DNA from: Chloroflexota bacterium
Lineage (GTDB): Bacteria; Chloroflexota; Limnocylindria; P2-11E
Direction of reading: 5' to 3'
Assembly: GCA_005880575.1 (NCBI GenBank)
Contig: VBIZ01000118.1
Coordinates: forward strand, 1-50,561
Length of the DNA: 50,561 nucleotides
Position numbers and translations under genes: made by a program. Below the pieces are notes generated by a model, which worked only from the letters and a program-made list of their open reading frames with translations, searched no databases and was not told the origin of the DNA. This document shows positions 36,485 to 46,309 of this stretch, one piece after another (the stretch's first letter is position 1; each line of letters opens with the position of its first letter).

Positions 36485-37779
36485 CGGCGCTCGAGCCTCC
36501 AGATGTCCGCGAACGTCTCGCGCTCGCGGATGACCCGCGCCTGGCTGCCGTCGAGCAGGACGACCGCGGGTCGCGGGGTCTCGTTGTAGTTCGACGCCAT
36601 CGCGACGCTGTATGCGCCCGCACCCGGGATCGCGAGGATGTCGCCCGACCGCGCGGTCGGCAGGCGCACCGAGCGAATAAGGACGTCGCCCGATTCGCAG
36701 TACCGCCCGGCGACCGTCACCTCCTCGGCCGGCTTCTCGGCGGCGCGCGCCGCAAGGACGGCGGTGTACTCGGCGCCGTAGAGCGCCGGCCGGATGTTGT
36801 CCCCCATGCCGCCGTCGACGGCGACGAACGTGCGGACATCGGGCACGCGTTTCGTGCCGACGACGCGGTAGAGCGCCACCGCGGCTCGCCCGACGAGGCC
36901 CCGGCCGGGCTCGACGTAGATGGTGGCGCCGCGGAGCGCGCGATCCTTCCGGACCGGCTGCGTGACGGCGCGCGCGTAGTCGTCGAGCTCGGGCGCCTCC
37001 TCGGTCGCCTGAAGACGTACGGCCACACCGCCGCCCATCCCGAGCTCGGTGATCGGCGCGCCGGTCGTGGAACGCACTTCATTCGCGAACGCAACAAGGG
37101 CCCGTGCGAGCTCACCATAGGGGCGCGTGTCGCGTACCTGCGCACCGATGTGCGCGTGTATGCCGACGAGCGAAAGGCCCTTCGTCTTCGCGATCTCCCG
37201 CGCCTGCCCGAGGGCCTCGCCCGTGCTGATGGGCGCGCCGAACTTGCTATCGGTGGTCCCGGTGACGAGGTGCGGGTGCGTGTCAACCGCGATCCCGGGA
37301 GCCACGCGCAGCCACACCGCCTGCGGCCGGCGGCGGCCGTGGGTGAGGCGGGCAAGCCGCTCGATGTCGTGGGCACCGTCGATCACGAAGCGGCCGACGC
37401 GCGCCTCTAGGGCCCCGGCGACCTCGTCGTCGGGCTTGGCGTTGCCGTGCAGCTCCATCCGCGATGCCGGAAACCCGGCCCGCCGCGCGGCGCTCAGCTC
37501 CCCCAGGGACGCGACGCTCGCGTCGACGCCCTCGCGCGCGATGACCCCACCGACGCCGATGAGGGCGCATGCCTTCACGGAATACGCGACGCGGACGGGT
37601 CGATAGCGGAAGAAGGCATCAACGTACTCGCGGAGACTGGCGCGGATCGTCTCCGCGTCGTAGACGTAAAGGGGCGTTCCGTTCCGGTCGGCAAGTGCTT
37701 GGAGATCGTGTGTCCCGATCCGGACGTGCCCGTCGCGACCCACGGCCGTCCGAAGCGGCCAGATCGCGCGCTCGATCAC
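36481..37779 (-). CDS. lysA: Diaminopimelate decarboxylase
   Basis: GTPLYVYD, YSVKA, HGNAK, SKFG, HAHIG, EPGR, DNIRPALY, CESGD, GAY...MASNYN; GTG 37779. Confidence 0.95.
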   Translation of the reverse strand: MIERAIWPLRTAVGRDGHVRIGTHDLQALADRNGTPLYVYDAETIRASLREYVDAFFRYRPVRVAYSVKACALIGVGGVIAREGVDASVASLGELSAARRAGFPASRMELHGNAKPDDEVAGALEARVGRFVIDGAHDIERLARLTHGRRRPQAVWLRVAPGIAVDTHPHLVTGTTDSKFGAPISTGEALGQAREIAKTKGLSLVGIHAHIGAQVRDTRPYGELARALVAFANEVRSTTGAPITELGMGGGVAVRLQATEEAPELDDYARAVTQPVRKDRALRGATIYVEPGRGLVGRAAVALYRVVGTKRVPDVRTFVAVDGGMGDNIRPALYGAEYTAVLAARAAEKPAEEVTVAGRYCESGDVLIRSVRLPTARSGDILAIPGAGAYSVAMASNYNETPRPAVVLLDGSQARVIRERETFADIWRLERR

Positions 37780-37783
37780 GGAG

Positions 37784-38278
37784 TCAGGAGTTCTGTTGGG
37801 GATCGTCGGGCAACGACTCGATGAACTCCTTGAAGACCGAGAGCTCGTTGTCGTCGCTCGACTCCGCATTGATCGCCGACCGATCCAACACGGTCTCGCT
37901 CACGAGGATGCGCGCGGAGCAGCGGACCGCGAGGGCGATGGCGTCGGAGGGACGGCAGTCCACCTCGATCTCCCGGTCAGCCACCTGTAGGAACACGCTG
38001 CCGTGGAAGACCCCGCCGCCGGACTCGTCCGCGACGAGGTCCTTCACCACCACTCGGGTGATCTCAGCGCCGATCTTCGTAAGCATGTCGACGATCAAAT
38101 CGTGAGTGAGAGGTCGTTCGCTGGTGATCCCGGCGATCCGCGTGGCGATGCTGTACGCCTGGTCCGGCCCGATCCAGATCGGCAGAAGCCTGCGAACGCC
38201 TTCGGCCTGCAGTAGCACGACATGTTGATTCGTGAGCACGTGGACGCGGACGGACTCGACCGAGCACGGCACGAGCAT
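37784..38278 (-). CDS. Bifunctional nuclease family protein (DUF151)
   Basis: LPIWIG, RPLTHDL, DCRPSDAIALA. Start ATG 38278 (TACGCT 7 nt upstream) or GTG 38284. Confidence 0.93.
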   Translation of the reverse strand: MLVPCSVESVRVHVLTNQHVVLLQAEGVRRLLPIWIGPDQAYSIATRIAGITSERPLTHDLIVDMLTKIGAEITRVVVKDLVADESGGGVFHGSVFLQVADREIEVDCRPSDAIALAVRCSARILVSETVLDRSAINAESSDDNELSVFKEFIESLPDDPQQNS

Positions 38279-38335
38279 CGTCACAAGCGTACCCGGTCGA
38301 AGCGCCGCGCAAGCCTCATACCGAGCGTCCGTGCG

Positions 38336-39034
38336 CTAGCCGAAACGGAATCGACCCTGCTCTCGTCGCGGCCTGAGCAGAAGGAGCAGCAGAATGCCGG
38401 CAGCGAACCCGAAGATGTGCGCGAAATACGCGATGTTCGCGGTCGCCTGATGCGCGGTGAGCCGAAGCTCGGCGAGGGCGTCGATCACCTGAAGGACGAT
38501 GAAGAAGCCGATCACGATCAGGGCGGGCAGCTGAAGGATCGTGATGAAGATCCCGAGGAACACAAGCGTCGATACGCGCGCCGCCGGGAACATCACAACG
38601 TACGCGCCGAGAACGCCGGCGATCGCGCCCGAGGCACCGACCATCGGCTCGGGTTGCACGAGTCCCTGACCGATCGCGGCGACGATGCCGCACAGGATGT
38701 AGAAGACGAGATAAGTCAGGCTCCCGAGGCGCTCCTCGACGTTATCGCCGAAGACCCAGAGATAGACCATGTTCCCGATCACGTGAAGCCACCCGCCGTG
38801 AAGGAACATGTGGGTGATCAGGGGCGCGAACGTGCCGAGCGTGAGCTGCCCGTGCGCGATCTGGCTCGTGAACTGCGCCCAGTCGAACGAGTACCGGTCG
38901 TAAAAGGCCGCGACCTCGCTCGGCTGCCGCATGAGCGTGAGGACGTAGATCCACACGAGGATGTTGGCGGCGATAAGAAGCCGGTTCACGATCGGCGTCT
39001 TTGCGGTCGGGTTCTGATCGCGAAGTGGGATCAC
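38336..39034 (-). CDS. Rhomboid intramembrane serine protease
   Basis: IPLRD.NP, MFLHGGWLHVIGNM, GASG catalytic Ser, AHIFG catalytic His; GTGA overlap at 39034. Confidence 0.95.
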   Translation of the reverse strand: MIPLRDQNPTAKTPIVNRLLIAANILVWIYVLTLMRQPSEVAAFYDRYSFDWAQFTSQIAHGQLTLGTFAPLITHMFLHGGWLHVIGNMVYLWVFGDNVEERLGSLTYLVFYILCGIVAAIGQGLVQPEPMVGASGAIAGVLGAYVVMFPAARVSTLVFLGIFITILQLPALIVIGFFIVLQVIDALAELRLTAHQATANIAYFAHIFGFAAGILLLLLLRPRREQGRFRFG

Positions 39035-41127
39035 GCGCGGAGCTCCGTCGCCACCACCTTCGAGCCGTGGATCGTGAAGATCGTGCGCAACCCCTCGGAG
39101 ACGTAGAACGCGCTGGGTTCGGGAAGGTTTGCAGGAAGCGAGAACCGCGCCATCTCGCCCCCGTCCCGGTTCATCTGGACGACGACCTTGTTCGGAGCGT
39201 CGAGCAAGTAGATCGCGCGCTGCACGTCGATCGCCTGCACCGCGGTCGGCTTCAGCGCTGCCCCCGTCCACCGCGGGACGAAGTCCACCTGCGACGCCGT
39301 GAAGGAGGTCGTGAGGCGCCGGAAGAGCAGGATGTCGCCCCGCGTCGTCACGATCCAAATGTCCCGATCGACCGCGATCGATCGGCCGATCCCGGCCGGG
39401 ATGGGGTCGGTCAGGTAGGCCACGGCGCGCTGGAACCCCGTGCCCGGAAAGGACTCGTGCTTCCAGACCTGGCCGCTCGTGGCGTCGAGGACGTAGAGGT
39501 TCGCGACGAAGACGGCGAACGCGTCGGCCGACTTCCATGTCGCTGAATCCTCCGGGGTCACGTCGGCGACGCCGGGGCCTTCGACCCGCCACACGCGGTT
39601 CTGATCGTCGAGTGAATAGACCACGTCGTTCAGGGTGCCGACGAGGCGGGGTGCGCCGACGCCGACCGTTCCCTTCGTGAGCGCCGGAGCGACCTGGGTG
39701 GGATCGCCGAAGACCCGCCAGAGACGGCCCGCGCCGGGGTCGGCCGCGTAGAGGCCATTCACATTTCCCACGAGCGCGGTCGGCTTCGCGCCTGGGGCGA
39801 TCGGCCGGCCGTCGGGTCCGGTCACGCGCGCGAGATCGACGATCACCCCGGTGATCCGATCGTCGAGCGCTGTGATCTGGTCGCGGAGACCGGCGATCTC
39901 CGTCGGGTCCGCCGCCGTCGACCGCGCGGTCTCATCGAGCGTCAACCGCGCGTGGTCGATCTTCTGCCGCGCAAGCTGGGTGTCGGGGGGCTTGCGGTCG
40001 GCGGCGCGCTGCGCGGCCGAGATGTCGCTCCCGATGGTGATGACGGCCAGCTTGTAGTTGTTCTTCACCTGGTTCGTCTCGAAGTCGCGGTACGCGACCA
40101 CACCGATGCCCCCGGCCACGACGAGGAGCAGCGCCGCAAGGAACGATGCGGCGCGGCGCTGGCGGCGCGAGCGCGAGCGCGCCGTATCCGGCCGGTTGGG
40201 AAGCGGCGGGGCGCGCCGCGGCATGAGCTCGAAGCCGACCGCCACGGTCTTTCCCATGGCCTTCGCTGCGGGCGCGGCCGCCGCGCCGATCGCCTCCGCG
40301 ACGTGAGGACGGCGCCGCCAGACCGATTCGAACCGCGAGCGAATCCCATCCGCGATCAGCACCTCGGCGGGATCCGTCCGCTGCGGCTCGGGCAGAACCC
40401 GACCTGCCGCGGCGGTCGCGGCGGTCACCTCGATGAAGATCGCCGCGACGCTGCCGACCACGCCGTCGGCAACGGCTCGGTTGTTGATGTGCTCCGCCGC
40501 GGCGCGCGGGTGCAAGGTGATCGCCGCATTCTTCAGCGCCTCCGCGCCGAGGCCTTCGACGAGACCGCCCGACGCCAGGATGAGCGTGTCCCCCGGCTCG
40601 ATGCTCTGACGCCACACGTCCGGCAGGACGTCCGCGAGGCCGCCGAGCGACTCGGCTTCGCGTGTTGTGGTCCGATGAACGAAGTCCGCGAGCTCTCCCG
40701 GCTCGTCGCCCGGCAGAAAGAGCCGCGCGCGCCGCACGAGAAAGACCTGCGCGGCGCCGATGCGCGCGGCGTAGAGCTCGTTGTTCACGACGACCGCGCA
40801 TGCGCAGTGAAGCGTCACGCGGCCGCGCTGATCGCGCAGGCGCTGCGCGGCCCGGCGATTCGCCTGCCGGAGCGCTTTGCGGAGCGACACCTCGATCCCC
40901 GCCGAGAGGTCGTAGTAGTACTCCTGACGGGCGAGGTCGGCCACTTCCTTGGCGATGTCGGCACCTGCGTTCCCGTGCTGCCGCGCGACCTCGCACAGAA
41001 GGTAAAAGCGTCCCTTCGTCCGGAGGGTCGCGCCGAGGGTCGGTTCGCTCGTGACGATGACGTCAGGCGTGCCGGGTCGCAGCTCCGCCGTGGTCCCGAT
41101 CTTCGTCGCGAGGCTCAGCTGTCGCAT
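39031..41127 (-). CDS. Membrane protein: degenerate PP2C-like domain, TM, helical stalk and NHL-like beta-propeller
   Basis: N-domain follows PP2C strand order (FYLLCE, LYAARIG, GDTLILASGGL, GSVAAIFI); one TM; C-terminal LYAAD, LYVLD, IYLLD blades; ATG 41127 with TAAACT 8 nt upstream. Confidence 0.7.
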   Translation of the reverse strand: MRQLSLATKIGTTAELRPGTPDVIVTSEPTLGATLRTKGRFYLLCEVARQHGNAGADIAKEVADLARQEYYYDLSAGIEVSLRKALRQANRRAAQRLRDQRGRVTLHCACAVVVNNELYAARIGAAQVFLVRRARLFLPGDEPGELADFVHRTTTREAESLGGLADVLPDVWRQSIEPGDTLILASGGLVEGLGAEALKNAAITLHPRAAAEHINNRAVADGVVGSVAAIFIEVTAATAAAGRVLPEPQRTDPAEVLIADGIRSRFESVWRRRPHVAEAIGAAAAPAAKAMGKTVAVGFELMPRRAPPLPNRPDTARSRSRRQRRAASFLAALLLVVAGGIGVVAYRDFETNQVKNNYKLAVITIGSDISAAQRAADRKPPDTQLARQKIDHARLTLDETARSTAADPTEIAGLRDQITALDDRITGVIVDLARVTGPDGRPIAPGAKPTALVGNVNGLYAADPGAGRLWRVFGDPTQVAPALTKGTVGVGAPRLVGTLNDVVYSLDDQNRVWRVEGPGVADVTPEDSATWKSADAFAVFVANLYVLDATSGQVWKHESFPGTGFQRAVAYLTDPIPAGIGRSIAVDRDIWIVTTRGDILLFRRLTTSFTASQVDFVPRWTGAALKPTAVQAIDVQRAIYLLDAPNKVVVQMNRDGGEMARFSLPANLPEPSAFYVSEGLRTIFTIHGSKVVATELRA

Positions 41128-41138
41128 CGCTGGCGAGT

Positions 41139-41438
41139 TTAGGGACGTGACGCCGGTACGGAGCGGATCTTCGCGATGCCGCTCCGCGGCGCGCGCGAGG
41201 CGATCTCGGCGACGAGCTGCTCCTCGCGCAGGCGTATCTCCGCCGCCCACTGCGCGGTCGGGACGGCCACGACGAGCGTCCCTTCATCCATACGCAGGGC
41301 GGTCGTTCGTGTCGCGTCCGGGCCGATGACGGCGCAGGCGACCGAGGTCCAGGCGCGCATCGCGTCGGCCTTGGCGACGTCGCTGTCGAGCCGGAGCGTG
41401 CGGAGCGCTCTGGAGACCGCCGCGGCGAGCGGTCTCAC
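41139..41438 (-). CDS. dciA: DciA (DUF721) helicase-loading factor
   Basis: GTGA overlap with the recF stop; AW..V...IG, GTLVVAVPTAQWAAEI; position directly after recF. Confidence 0.85.
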   Translation of the reverse strand: MRPLAAAVSRALRTLRLDSDVAKADAMRAWTSVACAVIGPDATRTTALRMDEGTLVVAVPTAQWAAEIRLREEQLVAEIASRAPRSGIAKIRSVPASRP

Positions 41439-42544
41439 GTGAGCCGGGCGATCTCTGTCACCGTCGCCCCTCGCCGAAGAGGCTCGGGGATGCTCGTGAG
41501 CACCGCCGCGGTGAGGAGGGTCTGCGCACCTTCCGGAAGCGCGCGGCAGAGCGCCTCGCGGTGGGCAGTGTCGAGCTCGGAGAGAACGTCGTCCAGGAGG
41601 AAGACCGGAGGCTCTCCGACGTGGGTGCGGATCCACTCGGCCTCGGCAAGCTTCAGCGAAAGGACAGCGGACCGTTGCTCGCCTCGCGACGCGAAGGTCG
41701 GGAGCGGCCGCTCGCCCAGCGCCACCGCGAGGTCTTCGCGATGTGGACCGACGAGGGTCGTCGCCTGCCAGCGCTCGCGATCGTGCTTCTCCGCGATGAG
41801 CCGGCGATACCCCTCGGCTCGCTCCTCCGCGGTCGACGCTTGTACCTGTCCCGCGTACGCGATGTCCGGAGCCGGGTCGGCACCGAGCGCGGCGACGGCC
41901 GCGCGGAACGCCGGACGGAGCTCGCGCACCGCCACCTCGCGGCGAAGCGAGATGGATGTGGCAAGCCGTACCAGCTCCGTGTCCCAGAACGCGATCTCGC
42001 TCTCGGACACGGGTTCGTCGTCGCGGCCCGCCCGAAGCAGCGCGTTCCGCTGCGTGAGCACGTTCGCGTACGCGCGCATGTCGGCGCGATGCGAGCGGTC
42101 GACCTGCGCGACCATCTCGTCGAGATAGCGGCGCCGCGCCGATGGCGCCGACGCGAGGAGATCGGTGTCCTCGGGGAAGAAAGCCACGACCGCCACTCGG
42201 CCGACGACGTCGTCGGCGCGTCTGGGGGCACCGTCGGCGGTGTACCTGCGGGGTCGCCGGCGGCTTTCGACCGCCGGCGCGAAGAGGGTCACTTCCAGGC
42301 GGGTCCGATCCGCGGCCCGGCACGCGTCGATGGTCACTCGCGCGAGAGGCGCACCCCAGTGGATCATCTCGACGTCGTCGCCGGCGCGCGACGAGTCGCC
42401 GCGCGCGATGAGATGCACAGCCTCGAGGATGTTGGTCTTCCCCGCGCCGTTCGGACCAACGAACGCCGTCACCCCTGGGGCGAGGTCGAGCGTTCGGTCC
42501 TCATAGCTGCGGAAGTTCTCGAGCCCGATCGCGGCGACGCGCAT
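41435..42544 (-). CDS. recF: DNA replication and repair protein RecF
   Basis: NFRSY, GPNGAGKTN, RRRYLD, GPHREDL, SRGEQR, LLDDVLSELD. Confidence 0.97.
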   Translation of the reverse strand: MRVAAIGLENFRSYEDRTLDLAPGVTAFVGPNGAGKTNILEAVHLIARGDSSRAGDDVEMIHWGAPLARVTIDACRAADRTRLEVTLFAPAVESRRRPRRYTADGAPRRADDVVGRVAVVAFFPEDTDLLASAPSARRRYLDEMVAQVDRSHRADMRAYANVLTQRNALLRAGRDDEPVSESEIAFWDTELVRLATSISLRREVAVRELRPAFRAAVAALGADPAPDIAYAGQVQASTAEERAEGYRRLIAEKHDRERWQATTLVGPHREDLAVALGERPLPTFASRGEQRSAVLSLKLAEAEWIRTHVGEPPVFLLDDVLSELDTAHREALCRALPEGAQTLLTAAVLTSIPEPLRRGATVTEIARLT

Positions 42545-42561
42545 GGCGGCGAGCCCGCTCC

Positions 42562-43689
42562 CTACGCTGGGATGCGAAGCGGCATCACCACATGAAGATA
42601 GCTGTCGTCGCCGACGATCTTGACGACGCCTGGCGCGAGCGGACCCCCAAGCTCGAGCGCGATCTCCGGGGCGCTGAGGCTGGAGAGCGCGTCGGCGACG
42701 AATCGCGAGTTGAACGCGATCGTTGTGGCCTGGCCTTCGACCGTTGCATCGATGCGGCCGGTGTTATCACCGACCTCGGCGGCGTTCGCCGTGATCACAA
42801 GCGGCGGCTCGTTCGCTGGGTCGACTTGGAACCGAAGCATGTTCGCCGCGTCCCGCGCGAAATAGGACGCGAGGCGCGTCGCTTTGAGGAGCTCCTCGCG
42901 CTGCGCGAGCACGCGTGTTGAGTGGCTGGTCGGGATGACCTGCTTGTAGTTAGGAAACTGGCCTTCGATGATCCGCGACACCAGGTCCGCCTCGTCCGTG
43001 TGGAAGATGACCTGGCTCTTGTTCGGCGTCACCAGGATGTCGACGGTGCGATCCTCGCTGTCCTCGAGGATTCGAGCCACCTCGAAAAGGCTCTTCGCCG
43101 GCACGATCACCTCGATTGATGGGTCCACTCGGTCGAGCAGCCGTGCATGCCGCACGGACAGCCGGTAGGGGTCAGCCGCGGCCATGGTGATGAGGTCGCC
43201 GGCGAACGTGGTGAGCACGCCGGTGAGAACCGGGCGGCTGTCGTCGGTCGCGGCCACGAACGCGACCTCGCCGATCATGCGACGAAGCGTTCCTTGCGAC
43301 ATACGGGTGGTGGGTTTTTCGGGGATCTGCGGGATGATCGGGAACTCCTCCGCATCCATGCCTTTGATGTTCGCTTCGTACGGGCCGGACTTCAGATGAA
43401 CGGTCTTCGTCCGCACGTTCAGCGCGAGCTCGACATTCCCCGGCGGCAGCGAGTTCACGAAATCGATGAAGAGCTTCGCCGGCACGGTGATGGCGCCGTC
43501 GTCCTCCACCTTCGCCGGAACCCAGCAGTTGATCCCGACCTCGAGGTTGGTCGCCGTGAGACGCAGACGGCCCGCATCGGTGCGCAGGAGAACGTTGCCG
43601 AGGATCGGCAGGCTTCCGCGAGTCGAGACCCCGCGGCCCGCGATCCCGAGGCCGTGCGCGAGGTTCTCTTGTAGACAAACGACCTTCAC
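42562..43689 (-). CDS. dnaN: DNA polymerase III beta sliding clamp
   Basis: PILGNVL, ATNLE, RPVLTGV, GQFPNY, VVMP; GTG 43689 after GGGGAGG. Confidence 0.97.
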   Translation of the reverse strand: MKVVCLQENLAHGLGIAGRGVSTRGSLPILGNVLLRTDAGRLRLTATNLEVGINCWVPAKVEDDGAITVPAKLFIDFVNSLPPGNVELALNVRTKTVHLKSGPYEANIKGMDAEEFPIIPQIPEKPTTRMSQGTLRRMIGEVAFVAATDDSRPVLTGVLTTFAGDLITMAAADPYRLSVRHARLLDRVDPSIEVIVPAKSLFEVARILEDSEDRTVDILVTPNKSQVIFHTDEADLVSRIIEGQFPNYKQVIPTSHSTRVLAQREELLKATRLASYFARDAANMLRFQVDPANEPPLVITANAAEVGDNTGRIDATVEGQATTIAFNSRFVADALSSLSAPEIALELGGPLAPGVVKIVGDDSYLHVVMPLRIPA

Positions 43690-43699
43690 GCAGCCCTCC

Positions 43700-43990
43700 C
43701 CGCTCGTAGCCAGGAAAGATAGATACAACCAGTAGTGGCGGTAGTAGTGGTGTGGACTATGGGGCTTCCCTCACAAAGTTGTGCTTGAGAGGGTTGGGGA
43801 CCGGGTGTCGACGAGCGGCGGAGGCGGGTGGATGTCCCGGGATAACTGGTCTCGAGAGAGGGCACAGGTAGCAGAAGAGAACATCCGTACGGCGGACATG
43901 TCCACAAACAGAGGCCTTTATCCACACGCCGGGACACCTTATCCACACTCGCTTGCCCGGCGCTGGCGCACTCAGACCGGCCAGGCCGGC
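43700..43990. other. Chromosomal replication origin oriC (dnaA-dnaN intergenic)
   Basis: Perfect DnaA boxes TTATCCACA at 43918-43926 and 43939-43947; degenerate boxes at 43898-43906 and 43751-43759; trio-like repeat at 43730-43750; A-rich patch at 43715-43728. Confidence 0.9.
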
Positions 43991-43996
43991 AGCTCG

Positions 43997-45370
43997 TCAG
44001 TCGGCGTACAGCAGCTCGCGAAGGGCCCCGACGTCTCGTCGGAAATCGTCGTTCTCGGCCATCTCGCGCTCGATCTTCTCGCAGCCGTGTAACACCGTCG
44101 AGTGGTCGCGCCCCCCGAGCGCTTCGCCGATGCGGAGGAGCGGAGCCTCGGTCTCTTCGCGCATGAGGTACATCGCGATCTGGCGCGGAACGACGACCTG
44201 CCGGTCGCGCGCCTTGCCCTTGATCTGCTCGAGCGGCACGCCGTAATAGCGCGCGACGGTCTCGACGATGCGCTCCGGCGAGAGGCTCTTGCGGCGGGGG
44301 TTGTACAGGAGGTTCTGCAGCATCTCTTGCGCGAGCTGTGTCGTCACCGGGACAGCCTGCAGCGCGGCGAACGCAGCGATTCGCGTAAGCGCGCCCTCGA
44401 GCTCGCGGATGTTCGAGACGATCCGCTGTGCCAGGAAGTCGATCACCGGCGGCGGGACCGCGACGTTTTGCGCCTCGGCCTTCGCGCGAAGGATCGCGAT
44501 CCGTGTCTCGAGGTCCGGCGCCGAGATGTCGGCAGTGAGGCCCCATTCGAAACGCGAGCGGAGGCGATCCTCGAGCTGCGTGATCGCTTTCGGCGGGCGG
44601 TCGCTCGACATCACTATCTGCTTGCCCTCTTCGTGGATCGCGTTGAAGGTGTGGAAGAACTCCTCCTGCGTGCCTTCCTTGCCGGCGATGAACTGGATGT
44701 CGTCGATGAGAAGTACGTCGATGCGCCGGTAGCGGTCGCGGAACTCCTCGCCCTTCTGAGCGCGGATCGAGTTGATGAACTCGTTGGTGAACTTTTCGCT
44801 CGTCGCGTAGGCGACCCTCTTCTTGGGATGACGCGCGATCACCGCGTGTCCGATCGCGTGCATGAGATGTGTCTTCCCGAGACCGGATCCGCCGTAGACG
44901 AACAGCGGGTTGTAGCTGTGCCCGGGCCGCTCGGCGACCGACAGCGCCGCCGCGTGGGCGAGGCGATTGTTCGAGCCGACCACGAAGGTCGAGAAGGTGT
45001 AGCGAGCGTTCAGCAGAGCCCCCGCCTCGCGTCGCTCCTGCGTGCTTGTCTGCTGGCCGGCTCCGCCAGGCTGCGGCGAAGACATTCCCGGGGCGGCGCT
45101 GTTGCGCGCGGCTGTCGCCGGGGCGCCGGAGGAAGTCACGAAGCGCACATCCACCGTACGGCCGACCAGGTGCTGGAGCGCTTCGCGTACCTGGGGCCGG
45201 AACTTGCTCTCCAGCCACTCGCGCGCGAATGCATTTGGGACGCCGATGAGATAGACGTCGTCCTCTTCGGAGATGACCTGCGTGTCCTTGAACCACGTGT
45301 CGTATTGAGCGCGCGAAAGTCCGACCTGCAGCTCACCGAGGGCGGCCGTCCAAAGCTGTTTGACGTTCAA
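43997..45370 (-). CDS. dnaA: Chromosomal replication initiator DnaA
   Basis: YNPLFVYGGSGLGKTHL, LLIDDIQF, QEEFFHTFN, RLRSRF, NIRELEGAL, GGRDHSTV; TTG 45370 after AAGGGGAG. Confidence 0.98.
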   Translation of the reverse strand: MNVKQLWTAALGELQVGLSRAQYDTWFKDTQVISEEDDVYLIGVPNAFAREWLESKFRPQVREALQHLVGRTVDVRFVTSSGAPATAARNSAAPGMSSPQPGGAGQQTSTQERREAGALLNARYTFSTFVVGSNNRLAHAAALSVAERPGHSYNPLFVYGGSGLGKTHLMHAIGHAVIARHPKKRVAYATSEKFTNEFINSIRAQKGEEFRDRYRRIDVLLIDDIQFIAGKEGTQEEFFHTFNAIHEEGKQIVMSSDRPPKAITQLEDRLRSRFEWGLTADISAPDLETRIAILRAKAEAQNVAVPPPVIDFLAQRIVSNIRELEGALTRIAAFAALQAVPVTTQLAQEMLQNLLYNPRRKSLSPERIVETVARYYGVPLEQIKGKARDRQVVVPRQIAMYLMREETEAPLLRIGEALGGRDHSTVLHGCEKIEREMAENDDFRRDVGALRELLYAD

Positions 45371-45592
45371 CGGCTCCCCTTCTCTACGCACGTGCTCCAA
45401 GATCGCTCCCCACAACCGTCATGCGAAGACCGCTCGACGCCACACCGAAGGGAAAGACCGCGGTTCCGACCGACCCGTTTCGGAAGCCCGCGAACTATAC
45501 CCCAAGGAGAAGCCGCCCTGTCTACTGCTATGCTCGTCTGCACACAAGTCGTTTTTTGATCGTTTTGTTCCAGCGGGAGAAGGGACTCGACC

Positions 45593-45730
45593 TTGAAGCG
45601 CACCTATCAACCGAAGACCCGCCGACGTGCGCGCGTGCATGGGTTTCGTTCGCGCATGAGGACGACTGGCGGTCGTCGTGTGCTCGCCGCGCGCCGCGCG
45701 CGTGGCCGCAAGCGCCTCACCGTCGTCTAG
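45593..45730 (+). CDS. rpmH: 50S ribosomal protein L34
   Basis: Hand translation from TTG: [45 protein letters not shown]. Confidence 0.97.
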   Translation: MKRTYQPKTRRRARVHGFRSRMRTTGGRRVLAARRARGRKRLTVV

Positions 45731-45743
45731 CGCCGCGTCATTC

Positions 45744-46091
45744 GTGGACGCCGCGCGTCTGCGGCGGGATGCGGACATCGCCGCGGTGTGGAGCGAGGGA
45801 ATGAGGATTCAGCATGCGCTGTTCGCCCTTCGCGCTCGCCCGAACGGACTCGGCGTGATCCGCCTCGCGGTCGCCGCCCCGCGTTCGCTCGGCCGGGCCG
45901 TCTCGCGCAACCGGTCCCGCCGTCGTCTGCGTGAGGCATTCCGCACCGCGATCGCCGGCCTTGCGAACGGGCCCGGTTACGACGTCGTGATCGTGACCCG
46001 TCCGGAGGCGGCGGCCACACCCTTCCCCGACCTCCGAGCGGCCGCTGCGACGGCGCTGGCATCGCTCGGTCGGCGCGTGAGGACCGCGTGA
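45744..46091 (+). CDS. rnpA: Ribonuclease P protein component
   Basis: RL...I..V...G and [14 protein letters not shown] (RNR motif); synteny with rpmH and yidD. Confidence 0.93.
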   Translation: MDAARLRRDADIAAVWSEGMRIQHALFALRARPNGLGVIRLAVAAPRSLGRAVSRNRSRRRLREAFRTAIAGLANGPGYDVVIVTRPEAAATPFPDLRAAAATALASLGRRVRTA

Positions 46092-46309
46092 AGACCGTCG
46101 TCCTGGCGGCACTTCGCTTCTACAAGGCTGCGGTGAGCCCGATGCTGCCGCCGGCGTGCCGGTACACGCCAACCTGCTCGGAATACGCGATGGAAGCCGT
46201 CGAGCGGTATGGGGTCCTGCGCGGAGGCTGGCTCGCAACGAAGCGCCTCTTCTCGTGCCACCCATGGAGCCGCGGTGGCTACGACCCGGTGCCCGAGGCC
46301 CACCGCTAG
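46088..46309 (+). CDS. yidD: Membrane protein insertion efficiency factor YidD
   Basis: [21 protein letters not shown]. Confidence 0.96.
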   Translation: MKTVVLAALRFYKAAVSPMLPPACRYTPTCSEYAMEAVERYGVLRGGWLATKRLFSCHPWSRGGYDPVPEAHR

